DNA of 63,163 bases, filler included, from Octopus bimaculoides (Eukaryota), in NCBI RefSeq assembly GCF_001194135.2. It is 4 parts of 4 records of this genome, joined end to end, with 100 filler letters (N's around TTAATTAATTAA, not from the genome) between each part and the next. Parts side by side here need not be neighbours in the genome. Positions count along the whole stretch, not along the records: positions 1 to 24,879 come from NC_069002.1; 3 more parts are not named here. One strand, 5' to 3'. Positions 1 to 13,426 of this stretch are shown in pieces. The translations under genes and the position numbers were made by a program. Numbering within the stretch: position 1 is the first letter of the stretch; each line of letters begins with the position of its first letter. Under the pieces are notes generated by a model. The model was not told the DNA's origin, did no database searches, and saw only the letters and a list, made by a program, of their open reading frames with translations.

Positions 1-803
1 TATATAGATATATGTATATATATATGTATGTATATATATGTATATATATATATGATTTAGAAATGCAAAGTACGGTTACAACGTACATTTTTCTTTTCCT
101 CTATGATATTCTCCTTCGCACGTTTTTTCTATCCTCCTGACGCCTTTCAATTTTCTTTATTCTTCCATCTTCTCTTTTATTTCCTTTCTCCTTCATGGAT
201 TCTTTTTACCACCTTCTAAATTCAGCAGCCCCTAGGCGTTGCGTACACATTTTCTTTCTCTGGTTACGTTTAGATTAAAAGAACTTCGAGAACAAGAGAA
301 ACGTCTCTGGAAAAGACAAAATTTTCTTCCACTATTTTTCATATTGAATCATGAAATTAAATTTTCGCCTGATTACTTCAACTTTAGATGTTGAAAATAT
401 ACATGTATATATATTTTCTACTAACTAATACAATATAGAATATTTATTTAATATTATTTTCCATAACGTATACGAAGTGACTGGAGTATTACTCAAAAAA
501 GTTTTGGGAAAACTTAAATAAACTATAAAAGTATCGGAAATAAATGTAGATAAAATGACTTTTTAGAAATAAAAGTGACTTAAAATAGATTGCTTTTTCT
601 AAAGTGGAAATACAACCTTTCCTAGAAGCTAAGAAAAGTGAAAAGAAAAGAACCGGAATGGAACAGTGCGATGAATGAATTTTATTTTTACTTTTTAACG
701 GTTGAAAATATGAAATATATACACGTTCACTATCAGATATGACTTTTACTAAAATCTTTACCAATGTCAATATGTGTTATATATATATAGTATTTGCTTG
801 CTG

Positions 804-837
<34 letters not shown>

Positions 838-912
838 TGTATGTATGTATGTATGTATGTATGTATGTATACTCGAGTTATAAACGCACAAACAGACAGA
901 CAGATAGAACGG

Positions 913-953
<41 letters not shown>

Positions 954-1024
954 CACGGCGGTGCATCAGCATGGCTGCAGCTCTAAGCTGAAACTATAAA
1001 AAAAAAAAAATATATTCTTTTACA

Positions 1025-1457
1025 CATTTCAGTCATTTGACTGTGGCCATGCTGGACTACGGCCTAAAGGCTTTATGTCGAAGAAATGGACCCCAGGACC
1101 TATTATTTGTAAATCTAGTACTTATTCCATCGGTCCCTTTGCAGAACCACTAAGTTTCGGGGATATAAACACACTAACATCGGTTGCCAAACGATGNNNN
1201 NNNNNNNNNNNNNNNNNNNNNNNNNNNNNNNNNNNNNNNNNNNNNNNNNNNNNNNNNNNNNNNNNNNNNNNNNNNNNNNNNNNNNNNNNNNNNNNNNNNN
1301 NNATATATATATACACATATACATGATGGGCTTCTTTCAGTTTCCGTCTACCAAATCCACTCACAATGCTTTGGTCGGCCCGAGGTTATAGTAGATGACA
1401 CTTGCCCAAGGTGCCACGCAGTGGGACGGAATCCGGAACCATGTGGTTGGTAAGCAA
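1025..1457 (-). mobile_element. tRNA-derived SINE, family A (split by an N gap)
   Basis: Near-identical to the copy at 6537-6941. Confidence 0.85.
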
Positions 1458-1464
1458 AAGGGAC

Positions 1465-2200
1465 ACACCTCTAGAAGTCGTCTACAACTTTCACTACCTC
1501 AGAAGCCCTCTCACACAATCCATAACATGTAAAAGAGATATCGACCACCGCATTAAATCCGCTTATTGGGCTTTAGGGAGACTCAGAAAGCGCGTGTTCA
1601 ACAACCACGGGCTCTCCGAGCAAAACTCATGGTATTCTGCATCGTTGTCATCTCCACCTCACTCTACGAAGCGAGACATATACCCTCTATCACAAAGACT
1701 TGAAAAAGCTTGAGCATTTCCAACAAGCCAAGCTTCGACAGATCCTCAACATCACATAGCAGGACCGAAATCTTCAATCGCTCAGAAATACGAAGCACTG
1801 CAGCTGCAATCTTCAAGCATCGCCTCAAGTGGTCAGGACATGTCATCCGAATAGTCCTTTCAAGACTCCCGCGGACCATCCTCTATAGCAAGCCTCTCAA
1901 TGGCAAACGACATTGAGGAGCCTCAGAATGCAGATTCAAAGACCAACTGAAGTCCTCCCTACTTCAAGCTGGCATCAGCCCTATCACCTGGGAAACAGAA
2001 GCCGCCGACCGTCCATCCTAGCGAAGAGCAATTCGTCTCGGCTGTTCTACTTTTGAAGAGAGGAGAAAAACTGAAGAAGCAAAAAGAAGGCAACGAAGGC
2101 CTAGAAACTCCAGCCAAGACCATGAACCTCCCTGCCATGCGATCAATACCCGAAACTGTCCCATTCCCGACTCGGTCATCTGAGCCATGTCAAGTTTAAG
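1465..2200 (+). mobile_element. Decayed RTE-like LINE, 3' part of the reverse-transcriptase ORF
   Basis: Frameshifted peptides LEVVYNFHYLRS...DIDHRIKSAYWALGRLRKRVF, KKLEHFQQAKLRQILNI, HRLKWSGHVIRI...RLPRTILYS...GKR and RFKDQLKSSL, typical of the RTE-clade RT C-terminus. Confidence 0.85.
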
Positions 2201-3016
2201 CATCATGGAGGCAGCAAATGAAACAAACTCGGCACGAGTGATACCGACGACAATACGACGATATATACATATGTGTGTGTGTTTGTGCGCGCGGGCGTGT
2301 GAGTGCGTGTGTATGTATGTATATTGTTATATCCGGTAGAAAGATACTATATCGAATCTTTTATCCTGTCATCATGGGGACTGTAGCAGAATCTGGAGCA
2401 TTTCACTTAAACGGTCAACAGTTTCATATACCATTCGTATTTGAGGTGGCACTGATTCACAACAGTCCATATTATATGGGTACGTATGTTCATGGCTGGA
2501 ATGCCTCTAATTAGAAGTCTGCTGGATCAAGTCTCAGCTAAAAATAACCACCACCACCACCACCGACAACAACAACATTGGTTACCTTAGAACTGCTCCA
2601 GCATGACTGCATGAGACTTACACAAGAACAACAACAACAGCAGCAGCAACGGCAACAAGATAAGAACAGTAATAAGCTACCTCTTCCGCACACTACTATC
2701 AATAATAACGATGATGCCCGCCACTAACGATATACATGATGGAAACAAAAGACAAACACACACACATACATAAAAGACAAAAACAAAACAGTATAGACAT
2801 AAACACTTAATTCTTAGAGAAATTTTTAAAATATTTGTTTTGCTATTCAAGTGTTTTATTTGTATTAATTTCAGAGGAAGTCCATATGACACAACCAGAT
2901 GTTTTGAAATTAACTTCATTGGTCGTTTATAGATATTTAGGTTTTTAGGATCTGAGATAAATGCACACAGATATTGAATGTCACTTTAACTTCGCCGCTT
3001 TCTGTCACAGACTCAA

Positions 3017-3180
3017 ATATGTATGTGTATGTATGTATGTATGCATGTATGTATGCATGTATGTATGTATGCTTGCATGTATGTATGTATGTATGTATGT
3101 ATGTATGATTGTATGTATGTATGTATGTATGTATGTATGTATGCTTGCATGTATGTATGTATGTATGTATGTATGCACAC
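3017..3180. repeat. (TATG)n microsatellite, representative of many (also 808-868, 29040-29170, 52600-52730)
   Basis: Read directly. Confidence 0.95.
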
Positions 3181-3866
3181 ACATTACATACATACAAATA
3201 CGCATGTATGTATATATGTAGCTATATAAATAAAGCGGCATTCAAATACACATATATACATTACAGAATGTATAAGATATATTTATAGACAAACACACAC
3301 ACACACACACACTCNNNNNNNNNNNNNNNNNNNNNNNNNNNNNNNNNNNNNNNNNNNNNNNNNNNNNNNNNNNNNNNNNNNNNNNNNNNNNNNNNNNNNN
3401 NNNNNNNNNNNNNNNNNNNNNNNNNNNNNNNNNNNNNNNNNNNNNNNNNNNNNNNNNNNNNNNNNNNNNNNNNNNNNNNNNNNNNNNNNNNNNNNNNNNN
3501 NNNNNNNNNNNNNNNNNNNNNNNNNNNNNNNNNNNNNNNNNNNNNNNNNNNNNNNNNNNNNNNNNNNNNNNNNNNNNNNNNNNNNNNNNNNNNNNNNNNN
3601 NNNNNNNNNNNNNNNNNNNNNNNNNNNNNNNNNNNNNNNNNNNNNNNNNNNNNNNNNNNNNNNNNNNNNNNNNNNNNNNNNNNNNNNNNNNNNNNNNNNN
3701 NNNNNNNNNNNNNNNNNNNNNNNNNNNNNNNNNNNNNNNNNNNNNNNNNNNNNNNNNNNNNNNNNNNNNNNNNNNNNNNNACGCACGCACATACATAATC
3801 ATTTCGATCGTCTGCAGCGTGATACTCAGATTTAAGAAGTTTCAGTTCCTAATATCTGTCTGTCAG

Positions 3867-3935
<69 letters not shown>

Positions 3936-4279
3936 ATTATCTATATGTCTGTCTATGCACATATATACACACACAGGCGCGCACACACACACACGCACAC
4001 GCACACATGATTATCACAAGAATCAGAATCATTTGAGCATAGGAGAAATTGCTTTACAGTATTTCCTCGAGTTCGTTTGAAGAGTATTTCTACTCTGAGA
4101 ATTGTTGCCTTTAGCTTCAAGCAAAATGCTTTGAAATATTCTTTCTGACTCTTCTCGTTTTGAGTTCAAATCCCTCCGAGATTAAATTTGTCTGCCATCC
4201 AATTAGGGCTGATAAAATAATAGTCAAGTATCGGGGGTCGATTTAATCAAATTCCAATTCCCACCAAAATTGCTAGCCT

Positions 4280-4490
4280 TGGCGAGCTGGCAGAATCGTT
4301 AGCACGCCGGGCAAAATGCTTAGCGACATTTCGTTTGTCCTCACGTTTTGAGTTCAAATGCCACCGAGGTCGACTTTGGCTTTCATCTTTTAGGGGTCGA
4401 TAAAATAAGTGCCAGTTGAAAACTGGGGTCAAGGTAATCGACTTAACCCCTCTCTGAAAGTGTTGGCCTTGTGGCAAAATTTGAAATCAT
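4280..4490 (+). mobile_element. tRNA-derived SINE, family B
   Basis: GGCGAGCTGGCAGAATCGTTAGC (A-box) and GAGTTCAAATGCC (B-box); many homologues in the window. Confidence 0.85.
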
Positions 4491-5074
4491 CATCATCATN
4501 NNNNNNNNNNNNNNNNNNNNNNNNNNNNNNNNNNNNNNNNNNNNNNNNNNNNNNNNNNNNNNNNNNNNNNNNNNNNNNNNNNNNNNNNNNNNNNNNNNNN
4601 NNNNNNNNNNNNNNNNNNNNNNNNNNNNNNNNNNNNNNNNNNNNNNNNNNNNNNNNNNNNNNNNNNNNNNNNNNNNNNNNNNNNNNNNNNNNNNNNNNNN
4701 NNNNNNNNNNNNNNNNNNNNNNNNNNNNNNNNNNNNNNNNNNNNNNNNNNNNNNNNNNNNNNNNNNNNNNNNNNNNNNNNNNNNNNNNNNNNNNNNNNNN
4801 NNNNNNNNNNNNNNNNNNNNNNNNNNNNNNNNNNNNNNNNNNNNNNNNNNNNNNNNNNNNNNNNNNNNNNNNNNNNNNNNNNNNNNNNNNNNNNNNNNNN
4901 NNNNNNNNNNNNNNNNNNNNNNNNNNNNNNNNNNNNNNNNNNNNNNNNNNNNNNNNNNNNNNNNNNNNNNNNNNNNNNNNNNNNNNNNNNNNNNNNNNNN
5001 NNNNNNNNNNNNNNNNNNNNNNNNNNNNNNNNNNNNNNNNNNNNNNNNNNNNNNNNNNNNNNNNNNNNNNNNNA

Positions 5075-5420
5075 TGTGCGCGACATAGCGGTCTCATATC
5101 AAGATAAACAGCGCATGACCTTGCAAGAGAGGCCCAGTTAGAATTTTCATCAGGTCGAGTAGCCCATCCTGCTCAAAACGTCCTTGAATAAAGGTTGTTT
5201 GAGGATGTCGAACGAAATACCCATGTTTCCGAAGGTGAATTATCCAAAGAATTCCTCTCAACACATGGCTATGATGTTCCCCCACTACTTCTGCTCATCA
5301 TCAGAGATGCACATATCGTCAGCCACTAAGGGACATGCTCAACTGGTTAAGATCAAGCAACTGACAAGCAAATCTGTGGTACTGAGCAGAATATTTACTG
5401 TAGTCCATCTTTTAAATCAA
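5075..5420. repeat. Unclassified interspersed repeat
   Basis: Recognised from memory as a common octopus repeat. There is no second copy in the window and it has no coding similarity. Confidence 0.4.
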
Positions 5421-5436
5421 AACAAAACAATATACA

Positions 5437-5476
<40 letters not shown>

Positions 5477-5489
5477 TGACAAAAATTTT

Positions 5490-5870
5490 CAGCTTATGTT
5501 GCTGGGTATGTTGGAAAGTGTCAGTTGCCCACAGCCAGCAGCCTAAGTCACACTTGTTTACTGATCATGCTTCAAGAACCCTATGGAGAAATCTTGCAAT
5601 TCCAAGCAATGATGATTTTTGTTGGTGTTCTATCTTTACACTTGTACCAGCCGTTTTGAGCCACGTTGGTAGTTGAGTGATTATATTTCCGAACACGCCG
5701 ATCATTGCTAATATTACTCCCATTCTCATCATTGCCCACAGCTTGCGTATTTCCCACTTCAAATCATCATAGTTGTTCACTTTTTCTTCTTTCTCTTCGA
5801 TCCTGTTGTCACCGGGACATGCTATGTCAATTATCATGCATGTTTTATTCTTTTTTTGTTCACCACAACA
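5490..5870 (-). mobile_element. R4/Dong-like (restriction-like endonuclease) non-LTR retrotransposon, 3' fragment
   Basis: IIDIACPGDNRIEEKEEKVNNYDDLKWEIRKLW...IGVFG...QKSSLLGIARFLHRVL is the PD-(D/E)xK RLE C-terminus of site-specific LINE clades. Confidence 0.85.
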
Positions 5871-6231
5871 ATGTCAGATTTTCTTAATAATACATGCATA
5901 GCTGCATACATCCAGAAATATGTAGGTATTTACGCTTTTAAATAAATTGAAACGTGCTGATGAGAAGAGTACTATTTCGGTAGAGAATAAAAATAATGTG
6001 GGAATCATGCAAGTTTCAAAACCAGGATTTCTTGCTTTCATCTCTTGACTATGGGTTGTGAACAGAATATATTTCCTGAATTAGCACATTTATAGCAACT
6101 CCTACGCAATGCATTTTGGGATTGTTTTGAATTTACATCACACGTGTACTTCGTGTCAGCTTTTCTGGTTTGATTTGGCACGGCTTGGACTCAGTCGCGA
6201 AGCCTTTTCCTTATTATGTGATTCTGAGAAA

Positions 6232-6445
6232 GGCAGCGAGCTGGCAGGATCGTTAGCACGCCGGGCAAAATACTTAGTGGCATTTCGCCCGTCTTTACGT
6301 TGTGAGTTCAAATTCCGCCGAGATTGGCTTTGCTTTGTATCCTTTCGGGATCGATAAATTAAGTACCAGTGAAATACTAGGATCGATGGAATTGACTTGT
6401 CACCTCCCCCAAATTTCAGGCCTTGTGCCTTTAGTAAAAGGGATT
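6232..6445 (+). mobile_element. SINE family B
   Basis: Homologous to 4280-4490. Confidence 0.85.
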
Positions 6446-6536
6446 ATGTAATTCTGAGAACGCTAAACCACTTCCACCACAATCCAATAAGCTCAGATGG
6501 TATTGCTGAACTCTACCAACAGATTGCTTTACTATC

Positions 6537-6941
6537 TCTTTTACTCTCTTTTACTTGTTTCAGTCATTTGACTGTGGCCATGCTGGAGCACCGCCTTTAG
6601 TCGAGCAAATCGACCCCAGGACTTATTCTTTGTAAGCCTAGTACTTATTCTATCAGTCTTTCTTGCCGAACCGCTAAGTTACGGGGGCGTAAACACACCA
6701 GCATCGGTTGTCAAGCGATGTTGGGGGGACAAACACAGACACAGACACAGAAACAGAAACACACACACACACATATGCAACGGGCTTCTTTCAGTTTCCG
6801 TCTAACAAATCCACTCACAAGGCTTTGGTCGGCCCGAGGCTATAGTAGAAGACACTTGCCCAAGGTGCCACGCAGTGAGACTGAACCCGGAACCATGTGG
6901 TTCGTAAGCAAGTTGCTTACCACACAGCCACTCCTACGCCT
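6537..6941 (-). mobile_element. tRNA-derived SINE, family A, near full length
   Basis: Head has A-box TGGCTGTGTGGT and B-box GGTTCAGTC(T/C)C, an internal (CA)n tract and a GTAAAAGA-type tail; more than 10 homologous copies occur in the window. Confidence 0.9.
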
Positions 6942-6999
6942 ATTTGTAAGTTAGATAATATATTTACATCAAGTTGTCATGGAGCGTGTCTGTGTTATA

Positions 7000-7312
7000 T
7001 TGGTTTCAAACTTTGGCACAAGGCCAACAATTTCGGGGGAGAGGATAAGTGGATTACACCGATCCCAGTGTTTCACTGGCCGTTATTTTATCGACCCCGA
7101 AAGGATGAAAGGCAAAGTCGACCTCGGCGATATTTGAACTCAGAACGTAAAGACGGATGAAATGCTGCTAAGCATTTTGCCCAGACGCACACGATTCTGC
7201 TCCCCGCTGCCTTAAATGTCTGTGTTATATTCTTTTCTACTCTAGGAACAAGGCACGACATTTTTGGAGAGGGGGCCAGTCGATTAGATCGACCCCAGTA
7301 TGCAAATGGTAG
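7000..7312 (-). mobile_element. Two adjacent SINE family B copies (one full, one 3' fragment)
   Basis: Repeated GCACAAGG...GGGG...TCGACCCC segments. Confidence 0.8.
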
Positions 7313-7314
7313 GA

Positions 7315-7860
7315 TGGATCTGTTTGGGATGGCACATGCTTGCGCATCACTAATTAGTTCGTTGACAACAAACATCAACCTCTTCGATAGCACCTTGGCC
7401 AAAATTTTGAAGTCTGCACTCAACAGCATTATGGGGCGGAAACTTTCTATTTTATACCCCTTGTTTTGAGTCCTTTCTCAGCAGTGCCACCGCTCCTCGG
7501 CTCAAAAACTAGGAATTCTCTCGTTCTGCTACCAATGGTGGTAGATATTTGTTAAAAGGCTGCCAAACAAGTTTGGTATGAAATTGTAAAGTTCGTAGGA
7601 CAGACCGTCCAAACCAGGCGATTTGCTCCCTATGCAGCCCATCATCGCATCCCGTATTTCCGCAAACCTCGCACCACCTGCCGAAAGTCGTGGCATGCCG
7701 TCGAGGTAGGCACTAAAGTCCAATCGTCCCAAGCTGTTGGGTAAAGTGCCGCTGAAACGCCGCATACATCTGCTCGGGCTCAACTGCCGTGCGCCCACTT
7801 TGGTCCACCAAAGACGACGATGATGATCGTGATACAAACTCAAATAATGGTACAAGTACC
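7315..7860 (-). mobile_element. L1/Tx1-like LINE reverse-transcriptase fragment
   Basis: SKSPGLDGLSYELY and LLSADFKILAKVLSKRLMFVVNELISDAQACAIPNRSI correspond to early RT motifs of L1/Tx1 elements; the sequence is internally deleted. Confidence 0.85.
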
Positions 7861-9484
7861 ACTCCTACGAATATTCTTTATCCTTTATTTTATTAGCAGC
7901 TCTAAACTAACTACCAGAATGTTACTTGACCTGTTATATCAAATCTGAAGAGGGCCAGGTTACTCAAAACTAGCGGAATTCATAACAGAGAAAGCTTGTC
8001 ACTTGCTGAAAATTCAAGGGCATAAACCCGATTTCTAATATACAGCAAGTTTAAGTCGGCGATAAACATAAAGTTATATTGTTGTTTAGCCCTAGGTTGG
8101 CTCTGAATGAGTAGATCTATGATTAAAGGCGTCTCAGCCCTGATAATCTCGTCGTTTCTCCAACTACATTATCCAATGAGCCCTTATGTTTTAAAACTAC
8201 AAACAATGTATGATTTGAGGGACGTTCGACTGCTATTTTGAACAGATTAAATGACCACATAGACACGCGCTCATCGTCTGAAAGTGTATTGTATACAACT
8301 GTATTGAGATAATGAGCGCGATTTCTTTCTTTATAATACAGTAATTTTAAATATAATTATGTTGGTGTTAGTGCTATGTGACTTTAGATTTGCTCTGATT
8401 GAACGACCAAATTGACCTATGATAAAGAACGTTTTAAACACAAACATCTTATCTTTTTGTTCAGAAACAACGTCTCTAGAACTACATTATCAGATGTGTC
8501 TCTTTGTGCTTTAAGATGGTAGATTTACTCTTCTAGTAGAGTGAGTTACATAAACGTTATATAACATATTATCTTATAAAGCCTCCTTTGTTAGTCTACG
8601 ATATGTTTGATGCCAACATTGAATTTCAAGTACATCTTCTATCTTTTATCTTTTATCAGTTTCAGCTCGAGAGCTGCGGCCATGCTGGGGCACCGCCGTT
8701 AGCTTCACTACACTTTCACTACTTGAAACCTCCTCTGATATATGGCATCTGATGAGTGAGGGAGTTTGATGTTGCTGCCCTCATCTGTGTTTCCTGCCGC
8801 GAGGTAAGTTCATTTGGAACTCTTGACAGGAGAAGATCCAGTTTTGTTTTGACATCTACATCCACCCCCATGTAAGTCTCTCAGGCTTTTTGAGGAGGAT
8901 ACTGAAGAGCTGTGGACTCTATATGTTTAATTTATAAGTATACCTAAAGCATATGTTAAGTATATTTTAAGCATAGAAGTAATTACATCATAAAGACAGA
9001 AGTATATCTTAAGGATAGCAGCATTTCTTGACGATGAAAGTTTATATTGGACTTATGACGTATATCATAGAACATATCATAAACATATATATTTTAAACG
9101 TTGAAATATCTCTTACAGATAACCGTATATCATAAACATATCTTAATGGATATAGTAGTTTTTAACGATTAAGACTTTCAATGAAATATCACTTATATAT
9201 ATATATATATNNNNNNNNNNNNNNNNNNNNNNNNNNNNNNNNNNNNNNNNNNNNNNNNNNNNNNNNNNNNNNNNNNNNNNNNNNNNNNATATATACATAT
9301 ATAAGCTGTTTCATTAGGAATAAATGCTATAACAATAATCGAATTAAGATACATAATTAATTGATGTAAGTTAATTCAAATTAATCTATTTAAAGTTAAG
9401 TTTATTCCGAATCATCTGAAATGACAAGGGCTATGCAAGCCATACGCCGTTACTGGTTTGAATAGAAGATGGAGGGATCGTACA

Positions 9485-9990
9485 TCCCATCGTAACTGTT
9501 GAGGAACCAGCAGAGAAGTTTGGATTTGGTCAGTCAACCATTTATCGACACCTGCGTCCCATCGAAAAAGTCAGAAAATTGGGTCAATGTGTTCCTCACA
9601 AACTTTCCGAGTCTAAGCGCTCGCAGAGAGTGAATGTGTGCACTTCTTTGATGTCACGTCTCACGAATGAACCTTTTTGGGACCGAATAGTGACTGCTGA
9701 CGAGAAATGTGTTCTCTATAGAAATATCAAGCACCGAAGACAGTGGGTAGGGAAAGGAAAACGCCGTCATCCCAGGCTAAAGAAAGTCCACCCACGTAAG
9801 GTGTTGTTATCTGTTTAGTGGGATATGAAAGGTTTAATCCACTTTGAACTTTTAAACCCAAACTAAACGATAACAAAGGAAATTTACTGTAAGCAGCTTG
9901 AGCGGCTTAAGTCAGCGTTAGAAGAAAAACAACCATCTTTGGTTTCAAGACGAAAGGTGTTCTTCCATCAGGATAATGCTCGGCCACATC
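9485..9990 (+). mobile_element. Mariner (DD34D) transposase remnant, truncated by a SINE
   Basis: GQCVPHKL (WVPHEL-like), RIVTADEKCVLY, PRKVLLSV*WDMKG and VFFHQDNARPH, with stop codons. Confidence 0.9.
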
Positions 9991-10135
9991 GCCGGGCACT
10001 CCGTCGGTTACGACGAGGCGGGTTCCAGTTGATACGATCAACGGAACATCCAGCTCGTCAAATTAACGTGCAAGTGGCTGAGCACTCCACAGACACGTGC
10101 ACACATGTACAGCCATTTTATATCACATCGAAAAA
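9990..10135 (-). mobile_element. SINE family D 3' fragment inserted into the mariner remnant
   Basis: Reverse complement matches 32725-32840. Confidence 0.8.
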
Positions 10136-10978
10136 TGAGCACTCGTCTGCTCGACTGGTTGACATAAAGACACTCGACCAGCATCTCGCTCACATATATG
10201 TTATATATCCTCACCCTGTCTTGCCTATGGCTACTTATGTAGCTTCTGCTCCACCAATCTCGCTGATCTCGTCCTAACTTTCACTTGTCACCGATACTGT
10301 CCCTCACCCAAGACTCACCCTGATCACTATACTCATTTCTATCTCCTCAGATCATAATCTCTCTAGAATGTCGTCCCTTATCGTGTATTTCCTTCATCTG
10401 TTAATTTGAATTTGTTAAAGAAGCACATGAACCGTGCAGATTTCATTGTGGAAGATACAGGAGATCTGTGAAACCATGGGTATTGTCCTCACTATCAGAT
10501 CAAATCTAAAAAAAAAAAGGATATATCTTATCTTGAACATGAAACTATCATTATGCTTTAAACATATAATCCTGCTTTCATGTCCAGGAATAATTAATGA
10601 CGCATTTGATTCTAGCATAATTAATTTCTTGTGCTTTTGATTCTTACATAATTAATTCTGTTTTCTAATATACAGACATAATCAATCATGAGTATTAGTG
10701 ATAAACCTCAGACGAAGCAAATGTCATTTACGGTTTGGCTATAAATCTTGGTAAGAATTACAGTAATTTATCAAAATATAATATACATAGTTATAGATTC
10801 CCGTGTGACTGCGTGGTTGAAAAGTTTACCTTGCAGCGCCGTGGTTTCAGGTTCAGTCCCACTGTTCGGAATATTGCTTAAGTGCTGTTTACAAGTGTTC
10901 CGGGCCAACCGATTTCTTGTGAATAGAGTTTGGTATATAGAAACTGTGTGTTTGGTAGAAACTGTGTGAAACCCTATC

Positions 10979-11016
<38 letters not shown>

Positions 11017-13391
11017 NNNNNNNNNNNNNNNNNNNNNNNNNNNNNNNNNNNNNNNNNNNNNNNNNNNNNNNNNNNNNNNNNNNNNNNNNNNNNNNNNNNN
11101 NNNNNNNNNNNNNNNNNNNNNNNNNNNNNNNNNNNNNNNNNNNNNNNNNNNNNNNNNNNNNNNNNNNNNNNNNNNNNNNNNNNNNNNNNNNNNNNNNNNN
11201 NNNNNNNNNNNNNNNNNNNNNNNNNNNNNNNNNNNNNNNNNNNNNNNNNNNNNNNNNNNNNNNNNNNNNNNNNNNNNNNNNNNNNNNNNNNNNNNNNNNN
11301 NNNNNNNNNNNNNNNNNNNNNNNNNNNNNNNNNNNNNNNNNNNNNNNNNNNNNNNNNNNNNNNNNNNNNNNNNNNNNNNNNNNNNNNNNNNNNNNNNNNN
11401 NNNNNNNNNNNNNNNNNNNNNNNNNNNNNNNNNNNNNNNNNNNNNNNNNNNNNNNNNNNNNNNNNNNNNNNNNNNNNNNNNNNNNNNNNNNNNNNNNNNN
11501 NNNNNNNNNNNNNNNNNNNNNNNNNNNNNNNNNNNNNNNNNAGAAGAAGAAGAAGAAGAAGAAGAAGAAGAAGAAGAAGAGTTGTGAACTTTGAGCTAAG
11601 CAAGCACAGTCGTTGCATGTTAAATATTTTGATCATGTCACGATGTTGTGACAGTATTAAAAATATGTAGATGATTCTCCGCCAATTTTGACGATGATTC
11701 TTCCAATTATTAGATCGACAGAATGGTTAATTTATTCAGTTAACATACATGAGGTTTAATATTCCATAGATGCATGAACCATTTACCAGAGTTCTTGTGT
11801 AGAATCGGCGTGGCGTGACATGGTATGTAGCAAGAGTGACAAATTTGGGCCTTTGAGTTACAGGCTTAATACATTTAATGGGCTTCCGCACAATTTCCGC
11901 TAACTTATTTTCACTTACAAGATCTCGGCCGACTGGGCAGGCTACAGTAATATAGTCATTTGCCGAAGATGACTCGAAGTGAGATCGAAAACGAGATTCT
12001 CTGATTGCGTAGCTATGCTTGTGTCCGAGGTTGAACTCGATCACCTGACCTGCTAGCAATTTTCCCAGTCTTCTACCGATTCCACCAACAGCAATCCTCT
12101 TGTCGATATAAAATCAACTATATTTTCTGTCCTTAGAGAAACCTCACTTGATATATATCAGTAGAAATCAATATATGATCAATAAAATTAGAAGAATGAA
12201 AATAAATAAAACGAAATAAAATAAATATAGAACTAATGTCGTATGTGTGTGAATGATTTATTTCATGTGAAATCTTCATTGAGTTGACTTTTAGAAATTA
12301 ACTGAGGAATTTCCGAATTTTTATACCAAGACAAGAACAAGTAATTGTCTGTATAGATACATGCAGCGTCAGCTCATAATTGAAAACAATTCATTGTATC
12401 TTATAAGCACTACAATCGAATTGAATTTCGGTAGATTGGAGGCGATTTTTCACCAATTCCTCTGCCAATTAATTGTATGAAAGGTTCAGCAATTTATATT
12501 TGTAAATCAGAAATATCTCTCGAGAGAAGAGACGCTGAAAGATTACATTCAAACAGCTGTGCTTTCGTGTCTTTGNNNNNNNNNNNNNNNNNNNNNNNNN
12601 NNNNNNNNNNNNNNNNNNNNNNNNNNNNNNNNNNNNNNNNNNNNNNNNNNNNNNNNNNNNNNNNNNNNNNNNNNNNNNNNNNNNNNNNNNNNNNNNNNNN
12701 NNNNNNNNNNNNNNNNNNNNNNNNNNNNNNNNNNNNNNNNNNNNNNNNNNNNNNNNNNNNNNNNNNNNNNNNNNNNNNNNNNNNNNNNNNNNNNNNNNNN
12801 NNNNNNNNNNNNNNNNNNNNNNNNNNNNNNNNNNNNNNNNNNNNNNNNNNNNNNNNNNNNNNNNNNNNNNNNNNNNNNNNNNNNNNNNNNNNNNNNNNNN
12901 NNNNNNNNNNNNNNNNNNNNNNNNNNNNNNNNNNNNNNNNNNNNNNNNNNNNNNNNNNNNNNNNNNNNNNNNNNNNNNNNNNNNNNNNNNNNNNNNNNNN
13001 NNNNNNNNNNNNNNNNNNNNNNNNNNNNNNNNNNNNNNNNNNNNNNNNNNNNNNNNNNNNNNNNNNNNNNNNNNNNNNNNNNNNNNNNNNNNNNNNNNNN
13101 NNNNNNNNNNNNNNNNNNNNNNNNNNNNNNNNNNNNNNNNNNNNNNNNNNNNNNNNNNNNNNNNNNNNNNNNNNNNNNNNNNNNNNNNNNNNNNNNNNNN
13201 NNNNNNNNNNNNNNNNNNNNNNNNNNNNNNNNNNNNNNNNNNNNNNNNNNNNNNNNNNNNNNNNNNNNNNNNNNNNNNNNNNNNNNNNNNNNNNNNNNNN
13301 NNNNNNNNNNNNNNNNNNNNNNNNNNNNNNNNNNNNNNNNNNNNNNNNNNNNNNNNNNNNNNNNNNNNNNNNNNNNNNNNNNNNNNNNNNN

Positions 13392-13426
<35 letters not shown>

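Noticed and set aside
6880-6941. tRNA genes suggested by A/B boxes in SINE heads
   Set aside because: No complete cloverleaf; these are multi-copy SINE 5' regions.
7944-7972. CTGAAGA-GGG...CTC-AAAA-CTAG hammerhead-like remnant
   Set aside because: It lacks an intact GAAA and a convincing stem I.
10415-10510. Acceptor followed by FDLIVRTIPMVSQISCIFHNEICTVHVLL*
   Set aside because: No recognisable domain, and it is separated from the gene by three artificial joins.
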